Part shown: positions 36,901-48,900 of the stretch, piece by piece
Layout: each line of letters begins with the position of its first letter
How positions within the stretch are numbered: the first letter of the stretch is position 1
DNA from: Eledone cirrhosa
Lineage: Eukaryota
NCBI GenBank assembly: GCA_964016885.1
Contig: OZ024740.1
Span: 145,762,001 to 145,826,000 of the forward strand
Direction: 5' to 3'
Length of the DNA: 64,000 bases
Position numbers and translations under genes: made by a program
The notes under the pieces: model-generated
What the model was told of the DNA's origin: nothing
What the model saw: the letters and a program-made list of their open reading frames with translations, nothing else
Database searches by the model: none

Positions 36901-39900
36901 ATAAACATAGTAAATAGAGGAAGAGGGAGATGAAATTGATGAAACATAGTAACTAGAGTAAGAGGGAGATGAATTGAATTGTAATGTCTGTTGACATCAA
37001 AGTGTTTCTATATCTGAAGAACAGACTGCAAGAAGAATATATAAAGTGTATCATCTATAGAATACAGAACATCAATTTTCAAGTAAGGTGAGAATGTAAC
37101 TGTACCATGATGTCATCAGTTAATGTGTGACAGCTATGAATGGGCAATACTTGTTGGAGGAAAAAGTCCCATATACTTACAGTGAAAGATACCTGTATTA
37201 CATGGGTCAGATTTCGAAATATTAAGCCTCACAGGTAAGATAACACAAGTTGAGAGAAGTAATACCTTATTACAGATTTGTTCAACTCCTACCAGCATGG
37301 GAAAATTAGTACTAAACAATGATGACAATATAAGAGGCCTAGTATCCTATGTATCAAAATCAATAAACTGAAATATCTATTATTTACCCAAAATAATTAA
37401 TTTATTCGAAGACTCGTCCTTAACATAAACCTTTAAATAATTTTTCCTTACACAACTCTACTCAACAACAAAGTACAACAAGCCTAAACAAACTAAAATA
37501 CCTTGCCCATATACATCACTTGTCCATATCAGTGCAATATTCTCTTTTGCACACTGCATAAGAGAAATCAGTTTTTCCTGCAACTAATATCCTTTATCAA
37601 GTGAAGCATACTAGCCTCATTTCTTTCCAACCTTTGCACATCCTCTGCATCAATGCCCATATCTCACTACCATGCAACATCACACTTTGTATACAAGAAT
37701 CATATAGTCTACTCGATGAGAGAATCCCTATGTTGTCAGCAGCGGTGATAGTTCCCAGATTTTTCCCACCTTGTTCTTATTGTATCTACCTATGCATTCT
37801 GAACACCCTTCTGCACTGCTAATTTGATCTCCTAGGTAACAGAACCTTTAAGAGTTTATTTCACACTGGTGCTCTTACTTTTAAATACTCCTAGGGCGGT
37901 GGATTGGCAGTATCGGTAGACGGTCGGATACCGTGCTTTGCAGCATAGAGTTACGGCCCTTTATGATCTGAGTTCAAATCCCACCGAGGTTAACTTTGCT
38001 TTTCATCCTTACGAAGTTGATAAAATAAAATACCAGTCACGCACTGGGGTCGATTTAATCGACTTTCCCCTCCCACAAAATTGCTGGCCTTGTGCCTATA
38101 TAAGAAACCACTATTAAATACTCCTGTACATCTGTTCTCTGTTAGCCTCCCTCTTATCCCATTTTACCTCTTGTGTACCTAAAGTTTACATTGGATGCAC
38201 TGAATGGCATTTTAATCTACTCCTTTTCTGCAAATAGAACATGACCTAGATGGTAATATAATCCTGTCTTTCAGTAAAAAATATGGAAAATTGAAAATAA
38301 CTAGCATTTTCAGTTACGGCAATGATTAGTATTCCAAAAGGCTTTGTTGACATTTTTCTTTTCTTATTTTAGCCGTCTTTACCAATTTATTGGAATAGTT
38401 TCCACTACAGCTGAAACTCCTGTATTCCAACAGTTATTCCAAACTGACCTTGACACCCCAGGTAAACTATCTTCACAATCAATGTTTTAGATTTTGACAT
38501 TATGTTGTGTTTTTATTTTTACATTTAGATATTTTTGTTTTTTCTCCAAAGACAACATACAATATATGCTGTTACCACATTTAAACATTTTAATTTCATG
38601 GTCCAAAGTTCATATGCCTTTACCTTAAAACATATTACCATTATATACAGTTATGCAAAACAGAATGAAAGCTCACTATTAAATAAATAATAATGAAAAT
38701 ATTGTGTACAGTGCTCAGGTGCACTACAACTCATCAAAAAGTGTATGTATAGTACATAGGGTAATGTACAAACGTCAGGAAAATGAACAGTGCATGAGTC
38801 ATGATATACACATGTGTGCATGTGTATGGAAGGGGTAAATCAGGTGTAGTTTTGGTGAATTTCGGGAAGCATGAGGGTTTTAAAGGATGCAGTGTCTCGG
38901 AAGCTAACAACTGACGCAGGCAGTTTTTTCCATGCTTCAGCAACTCTAAGCGTGAAAAAATGTTTCCGAAAGTCATGGGAGCTGTGCTGTTTTCTGATTT
39001 TGTAGGCATGTCCATGTGTGTTAGACACATGGAGATCAAAAAGGTGCTCAGGGTTGTTGTTGGCGAGATGGTTAATAACTTTGTGGGTGTTTACCAAGTC
39101 CATTGCCAGATGTCGGAGCTTCAATGAATCCATGCCCAGGGAAGCAAGGCGTTCAGAGTATGGTAGGTGTCTGATGGAGGGTATGCACTTGGTTGCACGT
39201 CTCTGTTTCCAGGAGATCAATATTCTGAGCAAGATAGGGGTTCCAGACTAATGATGCGAATTCCAAGTGTGGTCGTACCATAGCTGTATACAGCTTTAAA
39301 TAGATGGCTGGAGAGCGGTTAACAAAGGTCGTGCTGAGTGATGCCAAGACACCCTCGGCCTTCTTGATATCAGTGTTGTGGCGGGAGTATGTGGACGCTG
39401 GATTTTTTCCTCCCAAAATGCATGATTGTACACTTGTCCACAGCCAACTTCAGTTGCCAGTCTGTGATCCATTGCTGCATTGTGTCCAGGTCTGATTGTA
39501 GGAAAGAGTTGTAGATTTCAGGATCAGTCCTTTTGATTTCAAGGTACAGCTTGATGTCATCTGCATATTTCAGTACCGTGGCATTCTTTAAGTTGGCATC
39601 TATGTCATTAATATATGCCACAAACAAAAGGGGACCAAGAACAGATCCCTGTGGTAAACCAGATGACATCTCATATGGTGAAAAATGCTGTCCTAGAACC
39701 GTGACTATCTCTTTTCGGCTGAGAATGAAGGATTTCAACCAGTTAAAAAGATCATCCCTCACACCCATTGCAGAGAGTTTCACCATAAGTCTTTTGTGTG
39801 GCACAGAATTAAAAGCCTTAGCGAAGTCAAGGTAAACAACATCCACCCATGAGCCGCTGTCAGTGATCCGGGTAATGTCTTCAAGGAACTCGATAAGCTA

Positions 39901-42900
39901 TTGTTAATGCAGTTCAAATCAGTTTATTCACTATAGTTATTGCAATTCAAATCAGTTAAAACATAAATGCTGAAATCATGTTCTAACATTAACTTGGGTT
40001 AAAGCAAGAAAATTCTTTCATAGCATAGCTTATATTTTTACTTATGCAAAATATAGATTTATTAAATCATTTTTATATTTCTGGCTGGTAAGAATAAATA
40101 TAAATTTCCAAAGGAAAAATTTAGCTTTAGCAGCCCCTTCCATTTTAGAAAATTTATTAAGGATATATGGGAATAAGAATTTCATGTCAGTGTAGAAAAA
40201 TATTTCCACATTCTAGTTGTATATTTATTTGTAATTCACCTACCTCATCTATCTATAGTTATTTAAAGTAAGACTAAACAATGACTCTTCTTTGTCTTGT
40301 AAATATAACATTTCTTTTGGAAAAATTTGTTTTCTCTTTCTATATGTTTTTTTTTAACATATAAGAAATTGTTTTGACTTTTATCTAGAGTAAAGAAGTG
40401 ATGTTTGTGGTGAAGATATCTGCCTATAGACTGTCGACTGCTGTCAATGCTGTTTTTGTTTTGTTTTATTTGCTTGGTTATTCTTTGTTGGAAAGAGTAG
40501 TATTTCCATCAAGAATAATTAGCTGCAGCTTAGTTTAATGTTCTAAGAGATGGGCTGCTTTTCTTTCATTATCTCAATGTTTTGGTACAATATAGACACT
40601 ATTAATCCTATGGGTTAGTTCTTATTATGTCAATATTGGCAAGAGCAATTGATTGGCAGTATCAGCATTTAGTTACAACTTTCTAAGTACTAAGATCAAA
40701 TCCATCTGAAGTCAACTTTGCCTTTCACCTTTCCTGGGTTGATAAAATAAAGTACCAGTTAAGTATTGAGATCAATGTAATTGATATTTCCTTTCCCAAA
40801 AATTGTTAGCCTTGTGCTAATGTTAGAAAGCATTATGTAATTATTGCTATATTATAACACCTCTGTAAAAGTTTTTTTTATCTTTAGCACATGCACAAAA
40901 ATATTTTATTCACAGTTGTAGAAATAACATTACAAATTGTTTATAATTCTTACAGAATGAAAATATAAACACAAATAATATATACAATTAACTATTGCTA
41001 GGAACCTTATAAATATAATGCAGAATATATTACCTCTGGTATTGGTTCTCTGAAGTGATTTTTTTTTTTAAAACATGTTTATGATGATTATACAAATCTA
41101 TTTTGTAATTTCTACTATATCACTATATTTTTCTATCTCACAATGGAAGAATTCCTGGAACTCCCTTATGATTTTGGTACAAGTGAACTACGTATATTTA
41201 ACAATAACTCCAAATCACGAGGCAAATCTTTTGCTTTGATGGCAGGTAAGTTTTATAGAAGAATTTGTTAATTTGAAGATGTTTTTTAATATTTAATATT
41301 TTTAATGGCTGATAAGTTGACAAATAGTACATCACCTGGCTTTAAAGTATTTAATTTTGTCCCTGTATATTCTGAGTTCACATCCAACCAGTGCTGATTA
41401 AGTCCATTAAAAGTAATATACTTCTTTGTTTCCTTTCCATGCTCCACTAAATGTTCTCATAAGATCAGATTTTCATAGTGTATGCAAAAAGGTTGCTAGG
41501 CCCTCACTTAACCTTTCTACATTTCTGGGGAGGCTCCATGTGGTGCAGCATAGTCACATCCACCAGAGAGTGAGAGAAGAATTGACTCCATATTTATTCA
41601 AGAATAATACACATTTTTTCACAAATTTTTAAATCTAAAACTCATCTCTGTACATTACATATGAGAACTAAAAGCTATTTTTTTCCCTTCTAACAAAACA
41701 CTACATTGTAACATACATGGCTTTCTACAATGATCTCCATGACTGACAGCCTGCAATGATATTAAAGAAGCATTGGTGCATAGTATACATAAGAGATAAT
41801 TTTCTGCAGGATCTCATTGCCTCTAAATAGGAGTGCACATTATGTATGAGTGTGTCACGTATTTGAATAAATACAATTCAATAAAAATTTCATTTAATAC
41901 AATCAAATTAGTTGGAAAATAAGTTTATTTAACAATAAATGTCAAAGCATTGATTGAATGTAATAGATTGTTCTTTTAATTTTTTTATATTTTTTTTTAT
42001 ATTTTCTAGGACCTGGAGTCTACTATGGTGATATTAATGTCCAGGGTGCTGCTGGACCAAACTCTGTTACTGTCAACTCTAAACTGATGCCATATCCTTT
42101 TTAATATAATTTTAATATAATTTTCTTGTTAGATTTATTAACTGATATGTACAAAACCTTTAATGAAAAGCTGTAAAAATGAACATTCATTGTTATAAGA
42201 AAGTACAATTCTCCATTGCAAAGTTACCTGGAATGAGAAATAGTTATTTTCAAATTCTTCTTATATAGTGATGTTCTGAATAAAAGTATGTTAATGGAAT
42301 GAAAAATGAAAGCAAATGGTTTTGTTAAGTATCTATAAAGATATTTTATAGATCTAATGATTTACATGTGTAGTGAAATGCTGCCATCATTTCTTGTTTA
42401 AAGTTTAGAATGGTTGCATATATACACTAGCATTGTTTCAAACTTATTCATAGAATAACACTTAAAAACTGTTGAAAATTGATAGTCATAATTTGATAAA
42501 CAATTTCTAAGTATATGATTAATAAGTGTATCATCATCATAGTTTTTACTTCCACTTTCCACTTTACTGGCATTCATTGAATGGGATGTTTTGGTGCCAA
42601 TGCTTTTAATCACCACTTACAACACATATGGAGATGGTGCATATATTCTAAAAACCAGGATACCCATATTATATGTGTCATATATGTATTATCAGCATCA
42701 TGTATATCAGTATAAAAAATTATTGTAAAAACTAGATTTTTTTTCATATGTGATAGAATAATTTTCCTGAACCATTTCAATTACCCTGTTGACAGCAACA
42801 ATAAAGTCAACCCTCTTTCCATTGTTCTCACTGAATTTCATGTTCTTATACTTTTTCCTGACAGGTAAGTCTGGGTTGCTTTTTTTTTCTAATTCTATTT

Positions 42901-45900
42901 TTTTATGAGGAATTAAAGCTACAGCTATCTAATTCAGCTCACCTGTTGCACCTCTTCTCATCATCTATATTATGTCCACATCCCGCAGCCACCACAGCTA
43001 GTCCTTCCACTCAGAATATTTTCCCTCTGGCTGTTATAGACATATCATTTCAAGGAGAACATTAACAGCATCAGTCTCACCAGTCCCAAAGGGCAATAGG
43101 CACAGCTCATTTCTCCAGACCAAACTAATAAAAAAAGGGTGGGATGATGACATATTTGAGGGATTTTATGTTGGAGTTTTTTAAAGGGGGTTATTCTTAT
43201 ATCTGTTAATGAAATGCTTATCTGCTAATAATCTAAGTCCCTATTCAGATAACTATTTTAAATCAGTTACAGTATCTGTATTAAAGCTGTTATATGAAGA
43301 TAGTTTCTAAATAACAGAATGAATCTATCAGAAGAGATGAAAAAAATATTTTCATAGAAACTTTTTTAAGAATTAATCATCACCATCGTTATTTTTTCGT
43401 TGACTTTTCCATGTTGGCATGAGTTTGGATGGGACTTTTTCTGGCAATGTTTTACAACCAGAGATACCTTTCCAATCCTTTTAGTCCTTTCTTATGACAT
43501 GCAAGGATACAGTGTACCTATTCTAAACCAGATAAACACAGTATTTGATCATTATTGAAAAATGCACCTCTAATAGAATGAGACAAGTTATTTTCAGCTT
43601 CATTTCTCTTAAACATAAAGACAGATGTGTGTGTGAAGGAAACCTAAGTTTATGTTATAATGCTTCTTGGTTGATATAGCAAATATATTAAACATTTTTA
43701 TCTTGCAACTTTTGCTTGCTATATGGTATCTATAGAAATCTACTTTGAAGAGAAATTCCAACAATACACGAAAATACATAAAATAGATCATTTCACTTTT
43801 CATATACTTGTAATAAGACATTTTTAAACACAATGGTAAAAAATAAAGGATTGTTTTTATTTATCAAATCCATATTTTCTTCTTTTTTTTTCAGAATGAA
43901 AGCAGTGTGCCTTCTCAATGAGCAACTGATTTATGATGACATATTCCCTGAGGTCAGTTTCTTTTTGCTGCATTTTAAAAAGAAAAAAAATGATTTTGAA
44001 ATTTTTCCACTGTAAAAATCAAACAAATTCTGTTTATCAGTTTTAAAAAATATTTTCTACTCAATATTTTCTATAGTTTTATAGAGGCCTTTTGATAGCA
44101 AGAATGCTTGTTAAGACACACACATATATATATATTTATACACATTCAAAAGTATATATATATATATATTTATTAAAATAACAGATTAAAGTAACAGATT
44201 AAAGTTTAAGCAAAGAATCGCTGCTTTCACTCTTAACAGGATCTTCTGAAACTTTAATCTGTTATTTTAATAAATATTTGCTCTATGGTTCTTATATATT
44301 TGATATATATTTATCCTTATCGAGCCCTCTTTGGATTTTAGTCTTCAAATTTATTATTATTACTATATATATATATACATATATTTTCAAAAGTATATAC
44401 AGAGTGCGGACGATATTTGTTTGCAAGATTACTGTCTATGAAAAAATAACCCAGTAGTTTTATTTTATAAGATATATTTATCAAACTTGGGTCAGTTTGT
44501 TTTCATGACTTGTTCTTTCGATCTCACTCGTTAAACCTGCCATTGGCTTTGATGACGGCCTAAAGGCGGCCTCAGAGAACCGGCTACAGGCTTTCGTCAC
44601 TGTCCCCCGACTTACGCCCCTAAAGGCACTTGTGATCCTGGCCTTCAGACCGTCTTTCGTATTGCAGCTAGATCTGTTGGTGTCTCGTTCCACTGCTCCC
44701 CACACAAAGAAGTCGAGGGGGTTGCAGTCAGGCGAGCTGGGAGGCCAGATGTAAGGTGAAGTGTGGTCGACAAAGTTCTCTGACAGCCAGGCTTGGGTCT
44801 TTCGGCTGGTATGGCAGGGTGCTGAGTCTTGCTGCCACACGTATGGCCTACCTGCAGCTACTTGGTCGATCCAGGGCTTTACTACCTCGCTCAGAACGCG
44901 GATGTAGCCATTGGTGTTCAGCTTGAGGCCCTCAGGGAAGAAGTGAGGTGACATGACGTCACCTTGACTGCTGACAACACCTAAGACCGATGTTGTCGCT
45001 GGAAACTTTGTCTGCATGACTCTGGGCACGTCTTTGGATGACACAGCGAGCCACCTGTTGTTCTGGGAGTTGATCTTCTTGTCTTGGCAGAAGTTTTTCT
45101 CATCGGAGAAAAACCACAGCATGTCTGGCTCCAGTGGGTGTTTCAACTTGTTGATCAGCTTCTTTGCGTGCTTCAGTCGCTTTTCTTGCATCGCCTTTGA
45201 CAGAAATTGTCCTTTCCTCATCTTGTATGAAACGTAGCGAATGTCTTCATGTACCACCAGCCTAATGAGCTTTTCATCCACGCCTTTCTCCCTTGCAATG
45301 GCACGCATCGACATGGTCACCTGACAACAGGACAACTCGTCTAACCCATGCTAGCATGGATGAATGGACGTAAGATGGTGATGATAATGTGTTTTCTCCT
45401 CTCTTGCCCTGTTTTGATTTTTTCACTCTCACCTGTCTTTATTTTCCTTCTCTCTCCCAAACATCCTCTTGTCTTTCTGTTTCTATCTTCTTATGAAGGA
45501 CTAGCATCTGAAATGTTAAGACTTTTTCCCAATTCTATTAAGCATTATACTAATACCATTACTGTTGGTTTTTCTTTTATAATAATAATAATGAAATTAG
45601 TGTACAGTGCTCAGGTGCACTACAACTCATCAAAGGTGAATGTATAGTACATAGAATAATGTACAAATGCCAGGAAAGTGAACAGTGTATGAGTCATATA
45701 TATATATTTATATTTGTGTGTGTGTTAGTGTGTGATAGAAAAGCTTCCAACAGTAAAAAACCTGTCCAACAAAAGGTTGGGATGACTCTTGAACTGTCTC
45801 AAAAACATTACAACCGCTCTAGTGTTGGTGCCATGATAAAACGCACTCAGTCATCTATGGTCTCATTACCTGAGCACTTGGTAGAGTGTGGGGACATAAG

Positions 45901-48900
45901 TGAGATTATTAGTTTTTTAAAAATTTCAATTCAGTATTTTATATAGCTTTATAAAGGCCATTTTGATGGCAAGAATAGTTAAAATATATATATCATCATC
46001 CTCATCATCATCCTCATCATCATTATTTAGCATCTGCTTCCCTTGCTAGTAAGGTTTGGACAGGTCTACCAAGTCAGTACTGAAGCGGAGCCCACATGCA
46101 TCCCAGACAGACCGAGAAGGTCTGTATTCCACTTATGTATAGTTATTATTGAGTGCAGAGAAGTTGCCATGTCTTTGACACAAACTGAAGAATCCTCCTA
46201 ACCCCTTCTTTGGCAAGCTTTCTATGGCTGAATGCTCTTCCTAATACCAACCACTTTGCAGCATGTACTTGGTGCTTTTATTGTGTAGATTACCAGCACT
46301 AGCGAGGGTGTCATATCCTTGACATAACTAATGAGTCCTCCCGACTCTTTGTGTGGCAAACTTTCTACGGCTAGATGCCCTTCCTACCACCAACCACTTT
46401 ACAGCGTGTATTGGGTGTGTTTATCGTGTAGATCACCAACACTAGAGAGGTTTTTGTGTCTTTGACACAGCTGAAGGGTCCTCTCAACCCTTTTAGGCAT
46501 GATTTCTACAGCAAGGTGCCCTTCTTGTTGTCAACCACCCATACGTAGTATAGCAGGTGCACTTTCATGGTATGGGTGGCTGATTAGCGTATGGGGATGT
46601 AGTGGTGTGAGGGTTGTGGTCAATATAGTGGAGAGATAGGTAGGAGGTAAGGCAGAGGGTACTGGTTGGTGCATGAGGAAAGGGGATAGTGTTGGGTAAG
46701 GGGTGGTAAAGGGGGGTAACAAAGGGTAGAGAGAGTAGCTACTAGAGTACAATGGTGAGGATATCTAAAGTCTTTAGAGGGGGTATAGGGTAGTAGTGGC
46801 GATTGAACAAGAGGTAAAGAGAGTAGCTATTAGTGTGCAATGGTGAGGATATCTAAGGTCTTTAGAGCTGGGTAGTAGTAAACGAGTGGTTCTGGAGAGG
46901 ACATGGGTGGTGGATGCAGTAGGTGAGGATAGATGGAGGAGAGTGCTAGTGGGAGGGAGGGGGGTGGCTCATGTCAGGTTATATTGTATGCTTCTGGCCA
47001 GGTTCATAGTGCCAGCCCTCTTGATCCTTTGTCATCTCAGTTGTGAGGCTTAGTTTCTTAAGGACAGTCTTCACTACCTTATCCCATGTCTTCCTGGGCC
47101 TGCCAATTCCTCTTATACCAAGTTTTCCTCTCAGTTCACTTAGGCTGTGTCGTTCATGCACACTAGCATTACACATCCATCGGAGCATACTCGCTTCATT
47201 TCTTACAGTCTTCGCAGATCTTCTACAATTAAGGCCCATTATTCACTGTCATGTAGCATTTCAGTTTGCACCGATGCAGTCTACCCTTCACTCTGAGTGA
47301 GAAGCCCTTTGTTGTCAGCAAAGGTATTAGCTCTCTAAACTTCTTCCTGGTGGTATCACCCTCCTGTCCTCCTTCCTACTTAGCACAGGTATTTGCTAAA
47401 TTTAGTTTTAAGCCTTTCACCTCTAAGTTTTTCCATCCCTGTTTGTAATTTTGTTAAGATATATATATATGTGTGTGTGTGTGTATTGTTATAGGATATA
47501 AGGCCCAATAATCAAATTTAAACTATTTCAATGGCTGCTGAGAGGCCAATAGCTTTGCTTGATTACTGAATCTGTCTGTATTACTAAATCCCTCCCAATT
47601 CCTGATTATTCTAAAAATTATTTGAGAACATTTAGGGTGTTAAGCAGTATTTTCACAAGTAATATGGTAATGAAAGGGTTAAACTTTGAGAAATGTTCTA
47701 ATATTATATGTGTGACTAAATGGTAGGAAAAGTAATTTTAAAATGACTAGAATACCCAGTAGTGTATAAGGATGTCTAAATTTATAATTCCATTCAAACC
47801 ATGCAAACATAAAGTACTTGAAATGAGGTTAAAAACTTTTCTTTTTTTTTTTTTCAGAGGGTTGGAAAATTTATTGGACTTTGTAAAGATCCTGTATCGG
47901 GAAACATTTGGGCATACACTTCCCAACACATCTATAGTTATAAAGTTAACCAGGAGTACAGGTTTGTTCCTACCATATTATATTCTTCTTCATCATCATC
48001 ACCGTTTAACATCTATTTTCCATGCTTGTCATAGGACAAGTCTGGCCAGCTGGCCCCACCGTACCTTGCTCAGACAGAACTGTATTTTAGCTGGGGATTT
48101 TTACAGCTGAATGCACTTCTTAACATCAACCACGTTTTCTTCTGTAGTTAAAATTTGTATCTATATAATATTTATGCTACAACACAGCATATATAAGAAT
48201 ATTTAAGGAAAATTTAATGTAAATATAACTACAGTTTTTTAATTAGAAAACTTTATTGTGAAAAGAATGAAATATAAACACTTTCAACTATTCTTCTTAC
48301 ACAGAAAAACATGAGAGTTACCTTCATACATTTCAGAGATTTTTGTTGCCCCATCAAATAATTCTGTTTACAGAGGAATCTTATAGCAGTATTATATATA
48401 TCAAGCAGGATGTAGAAGATAGGTGAAATGGTTTTCTGCTAGTATGTGTTGTGTGCATATTGATATTATACGCAAGTATATATGCATGTAGATATGATAC
48501 ATCAAATAAAATCGTAATTGACAATATCCACAGAAATTGAATGAAGACTTGTGTTACACTGTCTTATGTAATAAGTAACGTAATCCATGATACATTAAAA
48601 AAAATACGATATTATATATAAACTGCATTAGGAGAAAATTAGTGACGGAAATATATGAATGTTTATTTAATCAATCGCTAACTGGAAGTGTTGACATTTG
48701 AAAATTTTAAAGAAGTGACTCTTAAAATAAGCAACAAAATTATTTATATTTAATCAAGAATAACAAAATTTAGAAGATAAAGAATGTAATATTCATTCAT
48801 TATTTACGTCCCTTTACGATCTGAGTTCAAATCCCGCCAAGGTTGACTTTGCCTTTCATCCTTATGGGGTCGATAAAATAAAGTACCAGTAATGCACTGG

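Noticed and set aside
36902-36978. 39-bp tandem duplication (also ~85-bp duplication at 46730-46870 and short repeats at 16121-16168)
   Set aside because: Ordinary slippage or duplication with no sign of function
42783-42784. Canonical AC acceptor for the U12 intron
   Set aside because: Joining the phase-2 donor here shifts the frame and destroys the conserved SIVLTEFH block
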